Shown: positions 20,342-30,554 of the stretch, one piece after another
Layout: the number at the start of each line of letters is the position of its first letter
Position numbering within the stretch: the stretch's first letter is position 1
Source: Candidatus Moraniibacteriota bacterium
GTDB lineage: Bacteria > Patescibacteriota > Minisyncoccia > Moranbacterales > UBA9337
Direction: 5' to 3'
NCBI GenBank assembly: GCA_029865125.1
Contig: JAOUHN010000001.1
Location: forward strand, 1,360-65,359
Length of the DNA: 64,000 bases
Translations under genes and position numbers: made by a program
Notes under the pieces: generated by a model
What the model saw: only the letters and a program-made list of their open reading frames with translations
Databases searched by the model: none
Told to the model about the DNA's origin: nothing

Positions 20342-20641
20342 AAAACTTTTTTCACTTTCAGCAAGAATTTGAAACATGAAATGTAATCTAAAAAAATTTA
20401 GTTCGCATTTCAAGCTTCAATCACATCTCTCTTCGAGAGATATCAACCTTGCTGAAATAAATATTAAATACTTAACTGACTTTACTATATTTCAATTCCA
20501 ACCATTAGTCAATTAAAGATCAAATGGCATAGAACATAGAGCACGTAACATACAGCACAGAACATGAAACGCGCAACAAAAAAACAGGGTTGCGCAAACC
20601 CTGCTTTTTGTATTTTGAAATATTTTGATTTCGAAGAAATC

Positions 20642-20920
20642 TTATCTATCAAAATCTCTCTTAGGTCTCTCTTCCATAGGACGAGCCTCATTAACGGTAA
20701 TGTTTCTTCCATCGAAGTCTTTACCATCAAACATTTCAATAGCTGCTTGAGCTTCTTCATCTGTTGACATTTCAACGAATCCGAAACCTTTTGAACGACC
20801 AGTTGCTCTATCCATAATTACGATAGCTGATTCAACTGTTCCAGCTGCTGAGAAAGCTTCTTTCAATGCATCTTCAGTAGTTGCATATGGAAGTCCTCCT
20901 ACATATAGTTTCTTTGCCAT
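20642..20920 (-). CDS. RRM RNA-binding protein
   Basis: KLYVGGL (RNP2), RSKGFGFVEM (RNP1), VNEARP. Confidence 0.97.
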   Translation of the reverse strand: MAKKLYVGGLPYATTEDALKEAFSAAGTVESAIVIMDRATGRSKGFGFVEMSTDEEAQAAIEMFDGKDFDGRNITVNEARPMEERPKRDFDR

Positions 20921-21065
20921 AACGATTTTTTCTTACTTTTAATTAGTGAGCGCGTGATAAACATTTTTCCTTAAAATACGTTCACTTGGATATGTCAATT
21001 TGCGCAAAAATCGCCAACCCAAAGAAACCAACTAATGAAAAACTTACACTTACTCTTACGCGTAC

Positions 21066-21094
21066 AGTATACACTATCGCGCCTCAAAAGTCAA
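21066..21094 (-). promoter_or_regulatory. Sigma70 promoter TTGACT-N17-TATACT for the RRM gene (about 140-nt leader)
   Basis: Reverse complement ttgact tttgaggcgcgatagtg tatact. Confidence 0.7.
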
Positions 21095-21192
21095 TGGCTA
21101 CGCCCACTGGCAATGTCTGAATTCAAATACTCGTACTTATTACATTCCCAGTGATTCATGCTATATGTTCTATGTTATATGCTACGTGACTA

Positions 21193-22605
21193 TTAATATC
21201 TATAATGATCCGCTTTATATGGTCCATTCATTGAAACTCCCAAATATTCAGCTTGCTCCTTTGTCATTTTTGTAAGCTTCACTCCTAATTTTTCAAGATG
21301 AAGTCTTGCAACTTCTTCATCAAGAATCTTTGGCAAAGTGAAGACTCCAATTTCATAATCATTTTCCCAAAGCTCAATTTGAGCCAAAACTTGATTTGTG
21401 AAAGATGCGCTCATCACAAAACTTGGGTGTCCTGTTGCATTTCCAAGATTCACAAGCCTTCCACGAGACAGAAGAATGATTGAGTGCCCATCAGGAAAAA
21501 CAAACTTGTCCACTTGAGGTTTGATGTTGATTTCCTTGATTTTCGGATATTTTTCTAGAGCTTCCACTTGAATTTCATTATCAAAATGTCCAATATTACA
21601 AACAATTGCCTCGTCTTTCATTTTTTCCATGTGATCAATTCTGATGATATCCTTGTTTCCTGTTGTTGTCACAAAAATGTCACCTTCTTTCACAGCTTTC
21701 TCAAGTGTTGTCACTTCAAATCCTTCCATTGCTGCTTGAAGAGCACAGATTGGGTCAATTTCGGTCACAATAACTCTAGCGCCAAAACCTTTCATGCTTT
21801 GAGCGCATCCTTTTCCAACATCACCATATCCACAAACAACAACGATTTTTCCAGCAATCATCACATCTGTTCCGCGCTTGATTCCATCCGCCAAACTTTC
21901 TTTGCAACCATACAGATTGTCAAACTTACTCTTCGTTACAGAATCATTTACGTTGATCGCAGGGAAAAGAAGCTCTCCTTTTTCAAAAATTTGATACAGT
22001 CTGTGAACTCCTGTTGTAGTCTCCTCTGAAACTCCTCGAAGCTCTTCAGCTATTCTGCTCCAATAAGTCTTGTCTTCCTTATACTTTCTCACAATGACGC
22101 TCATCAACTCTCTTTCTTCCTCGTTTTTTATTTTTTTCACATCACTGATGTTCGTTGGACTTTCTTCAATCTTCACTCCTTTGTGAATCATGAGTGTTGC
22201 ATCTCCTCCGTCATCAACAATCAAATTTGGACCTTTTCCTTTTCCAAAATCAAGTGCTTTTTCAGTGCACCACCAATATTCCTCAATTGTTTCTTCTTTC
22301 CAAGCAAAAACAGGAATTCCAGCAGCCGCAATTGCAGCAGCAGCATGATCTTGGGTTGAAAAAATATTGCAAGATGCCCATCTCACATCCGCTCCAAGTT
22401 CTACAAGTGTTTCAATGAGAACTGCCGTTTGAATTGTCATATGAAGACTTCCGGTAATCCTTGCACCTTTCAAAGGTTTTTTCTTTCCATATTTCTCACG
22501 CACAGCCATAAGTCCCGGCATTTCTTTTTCAGCCATTTCAATTTCTTTGCGTCCATATTCTGCCAAACTCATGTCTTTCACTTTGTAATTCTTTGTTTCG
22601 TCCAT
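21193..22605 (-). CDS. ahcY: Adenosylhomocysteinase (SAH hydrolase)
   Basis: [56 protein letters not shown]-terminus. Confidence 0.99.
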   Translation of the reverse strand: MDETKNYKVKDMSLAEYGRKEIEMAEKEMPGLMAVREKYGKKKPLKGARITGSLHMTIQTAVLIETLVELGADVRWASCNIFSTQDHAAAAIAAAGIPVFAWKEETIEEYWWCTEKALDFGKGKGPNLIVDDGGDATLMIHKGVKIEESPTNISDVKKIKNEEERELMSVIVRKYKEDKTYWSRIAEELRGVSEETTTGVHRLYQIFEKGELLFPAINVNDSVTKSKFDNLYGCKESLADGIKRGTDVMIAGKIVVVCGYGDVGKGCAQSMKGFGARVIVTEIDPICALQAAMEGFEVTTLEKAVKEGDIFVTTTGNKDIIRIDHMEKMKDEAIVCNIGHFDNEIQVEALEKYPKIKEINIKPQVDKFVFPDGHSIILLSRGRLVNLGNATGHPSFVMSASFTNQVLAQIELWENDYEIGVFTLPKILDEEVARLHLEKLGVKLTKMTKEQAEYLGVSMNGPYKADHYRY

Positions 22606-22688
22606 TGCTTTATATTTAGTAATTAGCAATCCGTAACTAATAACTAGGAATTCCTAGGAAAACCATATTACCGATTACTGATTACGCG

Positions 22689-23684
22689 TTACGAGTTACT
22701 TATTTTATACTTCTCAATCTCTCCATGATATTTCTCATCCATTCTTGCTCCTGGACTTGCCACCACGAGTGCGGCCAAATGGCTGGCAATTTTCCCTGTC
22801 TCATCCATATTGATTCCATTTACAATCCCATGAAGAATTCCAGCTGCATACATGTCTCCCGCTCCATTTGTGTTCACTTCTTCAATTACATAGGGGTCAA
22901 TTCTGTGAAGCATTCCATTTGATTTGATGATACTTCCTTTTTTTCCAAGTTTCACAATTGCCATGTCACACATGCTTGCAATTTCATGCACCGCTCCTTC
23001 AGAATCAAGTCCTGTAAATTTCTTAGCTTCATCCTCATTGGCAAATACAATGTCTACATGCCTGTCCACCACTTCCTTGAAAAGATCTCCGGTTCGCTCA
23101 ATGAGCCCTGGATCCGAAAGATCCAAACTAATCTTTGCTCCATTTTCCCTGGCAATCTCGATTGCTCGAAACATTGCTTCTCTGGTCAACGGATCTTCCA
23201 ATTGATATGCCTCCACATGAAGAACCTTTCCGCTCTTAATGTCATCTTCCAAAATATGTTCATCTCTGATGGCTGCTGCTGCACCCAAGTGCGTGGCAAA
23301 TGTTCTTTCTCCATCTGGAGTAATGAAAGTGATTGCGTGACCCGTTGCGTGATCATCGTGCTTGTGAAGCGCACCACAGATTCCATCCTTGCAAACTTGT
23401 GCTTCATAAATTTCCCCGTGCTCATCATCACCCAAAACTCCAATGAGCGCTGTCTTGTTTCCCAAAAGACTGGTTCCTGCAATCGTGTTTGCAGCGCTTC
23501 CACCGCTCACAATGTCTTTTTTGTGGTTCTTGATATACTCTAAAATTCTGTCACTGTCTTCTTTTGTGATCAGATTCATTCCTCCCTTCTCAAAACCAAG
23601 CGCTCGGAGCACTTTTTCTTCAACATTCACAATTATATCCAAAAGCGGGCTTCCAATGCCCACCACATCATGTTTTTTGTTCAT
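22689..23684 (-). CDS. PfkB-family adenosine kinase-like protein
   Basis: GGSAANT, DGERTF.T.LGAA, FANEDEA, NTNGAGD; co-oriented upstream of ahcY. Confidence 0.9.
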   Translation of the reverse strand: MNKKHDVVGIGSPLLDIIVNVEEKVLRALGFEKGGMNLITKEDSDRILEYIKNHKKDIVSGGSAANTIAGTSLLGNKTALIGVLGDDEHGEIYEAQVCKDGICGALHKHDDHATGHAITFITPDGERTFATHLGAAAAIRDEHILEDDIKSGKVLHVEAYQLEDPLTREAMFRAIEIARENGAKISLDLSDPGLIERTGDLFKEVVDRHVDIVFANEDEAKKFTGLDSEGAVHEIASMCDMAIVKLGKKGSIIKSNGMLHRIDPYVIEEVNTNGAGDMYAAGILHGIVNGINMDETGKIASHLAALVVASPGARMDEKYHGEIEKYKISNS

Positions 23685-23867
23685 TTGTTTTCTATTAAGA
23701 AATACTTAAACATGTTCTAGTGTACCACACTCATAAAATATGCCAAATCCGAGTCACGGAACATGAAACACATAACATAAAACATGCACCACAAAATTCA
23801 TTGACACGCTAACAAATTTACCCTATATTATCAACAATCCCAAAACTCAGCTGATAAGAGGTGCTCT

Positions 23868-24113
23868 ATGTATTTTATTACAGGCAGTTTAACTCAATCC
23901 GGAACAGGAAACTATTTTTTGGAGGCTATTTATGCGCCAAATCATCCTGAATCTCAGGATGTTGCCTCCATCTATCACAAAACTCGCCAGGATACAAACG
24001 AAAGAAAAACCTGGGGATGTGACGACAAAAAAAGAAATGTCATCGGGATTCAGATGCACGGCAAAAACGGCACCAGAATGGTGTTTTTCCCCAGAGCAAT
24101 AAGCTCTAAGTAG
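23868..24113 (+). CDS. Small hypothetical protein (81 aa)
   Basis: TTGACA-N17-TATATT promoter at 23802-23830, GAGGTG SD, and a downstream hairpin/T tract at 24154-24195. Confidence 0.6.
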   Translation: MYFITGSLTQSGTGNYFLEAIYAPNHPESQDVASIYHKTRQDTNERKTWGCDDKKRNVIGIQMHGKNGTRMVFFPRAISSK

Positions 24114-24232
24114 CCAGCACCCTTTGAGCAAAAACTAATCACACGACAATACAAAAACCCCGCAGCTCGAACCAGAGCCGTGGGGCTCTTTTTTTATCTC
24201 CATCTTTTCTCTCAAATCTCAACTCTCCCATC

Positions 24233-24886
24233 TCAAATACACCTCTTCACCAAATCTCTCAATTCACAATCTTCAAGCTCTTTCAAAATTCTGTCATGCG
24301 TTCCTTCAATCTTTTTTCTGACCTCATCATCCTTTTGAAGCTTAGCAAATTCTTCTCGCATCTTTTTCCACAACTCTTCTCCGATTCCCATGTCAAGCCA
24401 CAAACCCTCATAATCCTCAATGCCTAGCTTTTTCTTGCTAGCATACATGCCAACAGTCAACTCATAGTGCTCTTTGAGTTTTTGAGTGTCCTCGCTGTTG
24501 GGAATTTGGGTTACCAAAACACCTTCTTTGATGGCCTCAAAGTCAACTTTCTCAAAATCAAACATGTCTTGAATCATTTTTGCCGCAGAAAATGCAATCC
24601 AAACGCTGTTTCCAGCCGCAATTTCAGAAAAAGACATTCCCAAAATTTCTTCCATGATGTTTCCTTGAGCCAAGTCCAAAGCCAAATGAGTGTACCAGCC
24701 TTTTCTAAAGTCACTGTCTCCATACTCAAACTCCTCAAACACAGGATGGGCCAATCTCCGATCAATCCCGGTGACATATCTGCTATCCGGATACACTGAA
24801 CCTGAGACGTATTCTTTCAAATCATTCACGCCCATCCTTTCTTTCAATTCCAGTGCAAATCTAATGTGTGATGCTTGCAACGCCAT
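24233..24886 (-). CDS. Hypothetical protein, Zn-dependent phospholipase C-like fold suspected
   Basis: N-terminal SH, GSVYPD and GWYTHLALD motifs; start taken at MALQASH. Confidence 0.65.
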   Translation of the reverse strand: MALQASHIRFALELKERMGVNDLKEYVSGSVYPDSRYVTGIDRRLAHPVFEEFEYGDSDFRKGWYTHLALDLAQGNIMEEILGMSFSEIAAGNSVWIAFSAAKMIQDMFDFEKVDFEAIKEGVLVTQIPNSEDTQKLKEHYELTVGMYASKKKLGIEDYEGLWLDMGIGEELWKKMREEFAKLQKDDEVRKKIEGTHDRILKELEDCELRDLVKRCI

Positions 24887-24959
24887 ACGATTATTTTTAA
24901 AATTAATCCTCCGTATTTTCCTTTTTCCTATCTCAAATCTCAACTCTCCCATCTCAAAT

Positions 24960-26147
24960 CTATTTCCTCCCTGTCATTCCCTTTCCGACAAAATAGCTGA
25001 GTGCTGCCACAACAAACATGCTGAGAGCTGCCAAGATGAAGCTGGTGTGAAAAACATTGACCAACACCGCAAGAACCCCGAACAAAATGGCATTGGCAAA
25101 CATGTGCGATGTGTTCATATACATTGATGCTGAAAGAGTATCAACTTTCTCTCCTTTTTCAAAAATGTTGCTGTCCAATGGAAGCGCTACGAAAATAGTG
25201 AAAAATCCAATCAAAAACACGCTAATATAATAGAAGTAGCTATTATCCACAAACAGTCTCGAAATCCAAACCACCGCAATAGCCATGCTCGCCATTGCCA
25301 TGATAGTGTTTCTTTTTTCTTTTTTGGTTTTACTGGCAATATAGATGAAAAATACCGCTGTCACAGAAACAATGATTGGAAGCACTGCCACAGATTCCAC
25401 TGTCACAAAAAGCAAATAAATAAAAATCGGCCACAAAATGCTTTCGGTCGTATTGTGAAATGTGATGAAAATTGAAGCAACATAATCACGTGTCACATCC
25501 CAAGTAGAAAAAAATTCTTTGTAACTCTTCTGTTTTCTCTTTGGCTTGTCATCAATCTCTTTGATTTTGACCAAAGGCACAATGGACACAGCCAAAATCA
25601 ATGCGCTCGCAAGCAAAAGTGCTTCTCGACCCCAAGAAATCAAAACAACTGCTCCAAGTGCTGGTGCAACCATTCCTGCCACTCTCCTCACCATCCTCAA
25701 TGTTCCAGCGTCTTTTGAAACATCCTCATCGTTTTTGCTACATTTCATGAAGAGATACAAATGAGCCACCCAATAGAAGGTGTCATAGAGTGCTGCAAAA
25801 AGAGCAATCAAAACCAACAAAGGCCAGTTTCCTGCACTCAACGCAAAGAGTCCCACAAAAAATGCCACTGCAAAAGCAGATCCCCAAACAACAACCCACT
25901 TAGCCCCAATTTTCCTGGTCAAATACCTGGCAAAAAAATTCAAAGGGGTGTCAAAGAGATTAAACAAGAAATAGTAAATCATCACTTCTCCAATGCCGTA
26001 GCCAATCTGCAAAAGAAAGATTGGAACAAAAATGGAAACCATTGAAGTTGCGAAAGTGTGAAGCCAAACAGAAAACTCAAACAACCAAAAATCTGAATGA
26101 ATGAGCCTTTGAATGGACTGCCTATGATGAAAATGAAATAACTGCAT
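24960..26147 (-). CDS. MFS transporter-like membrane protein
   Basis: 395 aa with about 12 TM segments in two halves. Confidence 0.85.
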   Translation of the reverse strand: MQLFHFHHRQSIQRLIHSDFWLFEFSVWLHTFATSMVSIFVPIFLLQIGYGIGEVMIYYFLFNLFDTPLNFFARYLTRKIGAKWVVVWGSAFAVAFFVGLFALSAGNWPLLVLIALFAALYDTFYWVAHLYLFMKCSKNDEDVSKDAGTLRMVRRVAGMVAPALGAVVLISWGREALLLASALILAVSIVPLVKIKEIDDKPKRKQKSYKEFFSTWDVTRDYVASIFITFHNTTESILWPIFIYLLFVTVESVAVLPIIVSVTAVFFIYIASKTKKEKRNTIMAMASMAIAVVWISRLFVDNSYFYYISVFLIGFFTIFVALPLDSNIFEKGEKVDTLSASMYMNTSHMFANAILFGVLAVLVNVFHTSFILAALSMFVVAALSYFVGKGMTGRK

Positions 26148-26256
26148 TTTTTGTTTTTTTAAAACTAATTAACTTTTCAAGTATACCACATCCCGCACCC
26201 TCATCCATTACTGCCTATTATCAAATATTCTCTTTTTTATATTATTCAAAAAACAC

Positions 26257-26304
26257 TGTCATCCTGAACTTGCTTTGCCTCGCCTTGGGCGGGATTCAGG
26301 ATCC
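26257..26304. repeat. REP-like palindrome TGTCATCCTGAA..TTCAGGATCC with nested insertion
   Basis: Same arms as the copies at 45293, 47308 and 54320, but the loop is expanded by gctttgcctcgccttgggcggga. Confidence 0.8.
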
Positions 26305-26580
26305 CGTCATAACAGCGCAACTCAGCTATATCACCCCAAAATAACTTCATCAAATATAAAATAGGTATAACTTTACCTAAATTATACCTATTTTATACCT
26401 ATTTATCTTTCCCCGCTTTTGCTCAAAAAACACCTACTTTCACTTATTTTCAACGGCTCATACGGTCGTGTGAGCCGTTGAAATCCCGAGTTTTGCCTCA
26501 TTTTTCCCATTTTTGAGAAAATAAAAACGAGGTGCCGGGGAATTTCCCTAACACCTCGTTCAAGCCTTTCTGGCTTATTT

Positions 26581-26946
26581 TTATCGAATCGTCCACCAAA
26601 GGGCTTTCTCTCCGTATCGAGCCACAAAACCTCTGTCTTCCTTTAATAAACCCTCAATCAATGGGATCAACTCATTCATGCAATCAAACAATTGATTGTT
26701 TTTTGAGCTAATATCCAGTATTTTATCGCCAATATAGAGAAGTGCCTCTACAACGCGACCTTGATACAGTATCCTAACCATAATCGGACCCATCAAGGAA
26801 GGGTCACTACACCCCCCAGCAATGTATCTGGCAACGTCATTCGAATCATGCGCCTCATGAATCACGCAAGGAGTAGCTCTATTTTTAGCCATGTCAATCC
26901 TCCTTTTAGCCCCTTCTATCTCTTCTTCAGTTCGACCTCTGACCAT
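26581..26946 (-). CDS. Hypothetical protein
   Basis: AGAGGGGG SD before MVRGR; TTGACA-N17-CAGAAT promoter at about 27034-27062; downstream hairpins. Confidence 0.65.
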   Translation of the reverse strand: MVRGRTEEEIEGAKRRIDMAKNRATPCVIHEAHDSNDVARYIAGGCSDPSLMGPIMVRILYQGRVVEALLYIGDKILDISSKNNQLFDCMNELIPLIEGLLKEDRGFVARYGEKALWWTIR

Positions 26947-27115
26947 GCATCCCCCTCTATAGGTTTCGTCTTTATTTACTAGCACTTGTTAGTGCTCTAT
27001 TTGCCAAAAACACTTTTTTCAAAGTGAGGTTCTATTCTGTTACAATATTCAATTTTTGTCAAACAAAAAACACCCTGCTTTGTCGGGGTGTTTTTTGTTC
27101 TGTTCCAAGTATGTT

Positions 27116-28291
27116 TTATTTCTCAGCCAATTTTCTTCTAAGTTCCTCTAATTCTGCCTCTTGTCGCGCAATTATTTCTTTCTTTTTCTTATCTTCTTTT
27201 TTTAGATTCTCATTTTCTTCAGTCAAGCTATCAATTTTTTCCTGATCACTTCTTCCGGAGCGATAAATTGACTCAGTGAGTCTTTCCTTTTCATCTTCTG
27301 ATTCAGCTCTTCTTTCTTGATCCTTTTCCTTATTAACACTCATTTCCTTATCAGAAATACTAATCATCTTTTCAATAACATTCACTAATAATTCCTCATA
27401 TCCTTTGCCTTCAATATTTTCACCATCTAAAACATCCCTCAAAGCATCCTTCAAAATTGCCACCCCACCGCTAATGCTCGCTTTGAAACGAAAATCCCGT
27501 GGCCACGAGTCTGTGTCGAAACCTATTTTATCATAGGCTGCTTTCTGTTCATCATTAGAAAAATCCTGAACATCATCCATATCCAAACTTCCAACGTCCT
27601 CTTGGATTTTTTCAATAACATATTCAATAAACGTCCTATCTTTCACATTTTCTCCATCTATTCCAACAAAATCACTTTTTTCATTGAGTGATTTGCTCGC
27701 CTTAATCGCACACATAAATTCATCTCCTGATCTTCTTGCTGGATAAAACTTAATTCCAGATTCTCTCAACCACATTGCAGTTTTCCCTCCATTGAAAACA
27801 TCCGCGATTTTTTTCAAGAACAAGTCACCCGCATCATGCTTTCCTAGTGCATGATCATTGACTGATTTGAGGCCATCCACGTCAAAAAAAATCATGGCGC
27901 TTTTGCTCAAATCCTCAAAAGATCCCTCCCTGCTTTCAATTAAGTTGTCATCTACAAGCTCCAGAAGCTCCGCTTTGAGAAAATTGAAATTGGCAATTCC
28001 AATTCGATCATCATAATAATTCGCAAGAGCGTCCAAAACAAACCATCTGGAAGTTTTTCGCAAAGCCCCTTCATTTACCTCCATCTCCCTTAGCTCTTTT
28101 ACCCTGTTACTAATAATCTCAACAGCCCCCTCAGGAAGACTACACCTTACTTCAAGATCCTTCAAAATCTTTTCAATTTTCACCTCTTCTCTATCCCTTT
28201 TCTTTGTCATCCCTTCAACTAACTGTTCTATTTTTTCATCTCTCTCGGGAACATTTTCTGCACTAGGCATCATTCCTTGTTCTTTCATCAT
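27116..28291 (-). CDS. GGDEF-domain (diguanylate cyclase-like) protein
   Basis: FFDVDGLKSVND..G.HDAGD.FLKKIA, RRSGDEF, SISGGVA, D..M...K. Confidence 0.85.
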   Translation of the reverse strand: MMKEQGMMPSAENVPERDEKIEQLVEGMTKKRDREEVKIEKILKDLEVRCSLPEGAVEIISNRVKELREMEVNEGALRKTSRWFVLDALANYYDDRIGIANFNFLKAELLELVDDNLIESREGSFEDLSKSAMIFFDVDGLKSVNDHALGKHDAGDLFLKKIADVFNGGKTAMWLRESGIKFYPARRSGDEFMCAIKASKSLNEKSDFVGIDGENVKDRTFIEYVIEKIQEDVGSLDMDDVQDFSNDEQKAAYDKIGFDTDSWPRDFRFKASISGGVAILKDALRDVLDGENIEGKGYEELLVNVIEKMISISDKEMSVNKEKDQERRAESEDEKERLTESIYRSGRSDQEKIDSLTEENENLKKEDKKKKEIIARQEAELEELRRKLAEK

Positions 28292-28356
28292 ATTTTCTTA
28301 TTTTATCTTATCATTAATATTCTACCACAAAACGAAAATTTCAGTGATTCTAGGAC

Positions 28357-29250
28357 CTATCTCTTTGATTCAAGCACACCGTTTCTAGTGCTTCCATTTT
28401 TTCTCCATTCGCTACATTTCAAAACCTTGTCCCCACCCTGAAAACACTTATTATAGGAATCTAGACGACCCTCATACAAATAACTTTCTGCGTCAACAAT
28501 TTCCCCATGCATATACAAATGCCTCGAATCTTTCCCAAATGGCCCGCAAGCATCAAAAGTCCTGGCGTCAGCATTTTCAACTTTGACTCGACATCCCTCT
28601 GCTGTTTTTCCAATTTCTTCTGTTCCAATGTAATACACATTCTTTCCATCACTCGCATAATCATTGCTGCACTCAAACAAACTGAAGTTTTCAAGCAATG
28701 GGTATTGTTTGTTGTCACAATAATAATGTTTGTTGTCCAAACCACGATTAGACTCCGCATCCATCACAACAAAGGACTTCGGGTCAGAACCATCAAAAGC
28801 AATCAATTCTTTTGAATTATTCAAAAACACCTTGTCTCCATCATCAAAAAATGAATTGCATTTCCCTTCTCCCACCATGCTAAACTCAGAGGCCTCCACA
28901 TCGTCAACTACTGTCAACGCATTGAATACATATCCATTGCCATCACTTCTATCATCAAGAAAAAAAACTTTTTCATTGTCTCTTGCTATCATTCCACTGC
29001 AGCCAACCGCTTCAAATGAGTCCACTTGTGCTTGAGGAATGGTTTTGACAAGTGGCAACGCTGACTGCATGCCAAAACGACTCATGTCAAAATGAATCAG
29101 ATACCTGTCCACATAATACACCTTAAAAGAATCCTTATAATACCCTGCTTTTCCTATCTTCTCCTTGCCAAAAGGAGTGAAGACATAGGCAGCAACCAGT
29201 GCCACCACAGAGACCGCAATCAAATAGAACACCCATCCTCTTTTGTTCAT
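28357..29250 (-). CDS. DKNYY-repeat family protein, membrane anchored
   Basis: Repeated D.(N/K)VY(Y) units: KDSFKVYY, LDNKHYY, SDGKNVYY, ADARTF. Confidence 0.8.
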   Translation of the reverse strand: MNKRGWVFYLIAVSVVALVAAYVFTPFGKEKIGKAGYYKDSFKVYYVDRYLIHFDMSRFGMQSALPLVKTIPQAQVDSFEAVGCSGMIARDNEKVFFLDDRSDGNGYVFNALTVVDDVEASEFSMVGEGKCNSFFDDGDKVFLNNSKELIAFDGSDPKSFVVMDAESNRGLDNKHYYCDNKQYPLLENFSLFECSNDYASDGKNVYYIGTEEIGKTAEGCRVKVENADARTFDACGPFGKDSRHLYMHGEIVDAESYLYEGRLDSYNKCFQGGDKVLKCSEWRKNGSTRNGVLESKR

Positions 29251-29318
29251 AGCGAAAGATTTTAAATTTTACTTTTCTATTCTACCATAAAACGAAAAAC
29301 CGAGCATGAATGGTGTTG

Positions 29319-29346
29319 TTGACAAAAACTGAAATTTGTATATAAT
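29319..29346 (+). promoter_or_regulatory. Consensus sigma70 promoter TTGACA-N16-TATAAT for the tRNA cluster
   Basis: ttgaca aaaactgaaatttgta tataat, about 40 nt before the first tRNA. Confidence 0.85.
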
Positions 29347-29388
29347 GAAGTGTAGCTTTTGTGGTTTTTTTATTACCCAAAAAATTAT

Positions 29389-29462
29389 AGCGGGGTGGAG
29401 CAGTCTGGCAGCTCGTGTGGCTCATAACCACAAGGTCGCAGGTTCGAATCCTGCCCCCGCAA
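29389..29462 (+). tRNA. Initiator tRNA-fMet(CAT)
   Basis: AGCGGGG-TGGAGCAG...GCTC; TGTGG-CTCATAA-CCACA; GCAGG-TTCGAAT-CCTGC; unpaired 1:72 and an A11:U24-type D stem typical of initiators. Confidence 0.92.
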
Positions 29463-29518
29463 CACGAAGAATTGAGAGTGAGTTTTACAAGGAGTGAAAA
29501 ATACTCCTGGGCATATTT

Positions 29519-29592
29519 GCCAGGGTAGCTCAGTTGGTTAGAGCGCGGGACTCATAAGCCCGAGGTCGTGAGTTCAACTCTCACTCCTGGTA
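29519..29592 (+). tRNA. tRNA with CAT anticodon (elongator Met or Ile2/lysidine)
   Basis: GCCAGGG/TCCTGGT acceptor stem, CGGGA-CTCATAA-GCCCG, GTGAG-TTCAACT-CTCAC; identity not resolvable by eye. Confidence 0.9.
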
Positions 29593-29675
29593 CAAAAAAC
29601 ATACAGCACATAACATGCAACATGCAGCAATTTTTTTGTTCTATGTTTCATGAGATGTGTTTCATGAATAAACAC

Positions 29676-29749
29676 GGGGGCGTAGCTCAGCTGGTTAGAG
29701 CGATTGCCTGTCACGCAATAGGTCGAGGGTTCGAGTCCCTTCGCTCCCG
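29676..29749 (+). tRNA. tRNA-Asp(GTC)
   Basis: GGGGGCG/CGCTCCC acceptor stem, ATTGC-CTGTCAC-GCAAT, discriminator G. Confidence 0.97.
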
Positions 29750-29945
29750 CAGAAGAAACTTGAAACAGAGTCGCCTTAGCTCTGTTTTAAGTTTTCTATT
29801 AGACAGAAAAGGATGAAAAGGGTATTTTAAAAAGACACCTGATCCTTTTCTTCAAGCATCCATAAGGTAAAAGCTCTTTGTAATAGAAAAGGTTTTTAGT
29901 TAGTAGCTATTGTCATCCTTTATTATCAACAGTGAAAAGACACAT

Positions 29946-30428
29946 TTAGCAAAAAATGCTTCCCATTATGTTCTGAAAAAAAACTAACTTATTTTTATAA
30001 AAAACCTGCTCCTTAGCAATGAAATAGCTCCAGTCACCATTTTTTTCAAAGACGTATTTCCAATCCTCAATTTCATATTTTTCAGGACCTCTAAGAGGAT
30101 TATTTTCATCAGTATTTCTAAGGGCTTCTTTTAGAAAAGCATAAGATTGATCTGGTTTTACTAAATCGTTTTCAATAAATTGTCCTTGATAAGCCATTGT
30201 CCAAAATGGCTTATTTTTATAGAAAACAATCTCTTTTCCGGGTGGAAAAATGTGGCCAGAATAGCTATCGTAATAAAGCCAATCATCTTTGGAAAATGAA
30301 TATTCAGTGTGTCCCAACATCTTTACCTTCTTACATCTGGTTAATGCTCTGTCTTCATCGGTTCCGGCATAAGTTTTTGAATGAGCTAAAAATAAAAATT
30401 TTTTAAACGCAGCTTCTTTTTTTATCAT
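29946..30428 (-). CDS. DUF5680-like protein
   Basis: TYA...DW.Y.DSY.G...G.E.V.Y...P.W.M.Y.G...FLK.AL...P.RGP pattern. Confidence 0.8.
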   Translation of the reverse strand: MIKKEAAFKKFLFLAHSKTYAGTDEDRALTRCKKVKMLGHTEYSFSKDDWLYYDSYSGHIFPPGKEIVFYKNKPFWTMAYQGQFIENDLVKPDQSYAFLKEALRNTDENNPLRGPEKYEIEDWKYVFEKNGDWSYFIAKEQVFYKNKLVFFQNIMGSIFC

Positions 30429-30554
30429 TGACTTAGATTGAATTTAATGCTATATTTTTTTATCGAGCTCCTTAAGCCCGATAGTATCTTAATAATAGAA
30501 TAAACGTGAGAATAAGGCAATAAGCCAAAAACAAAGTCTTAGAGGAGATGATTT

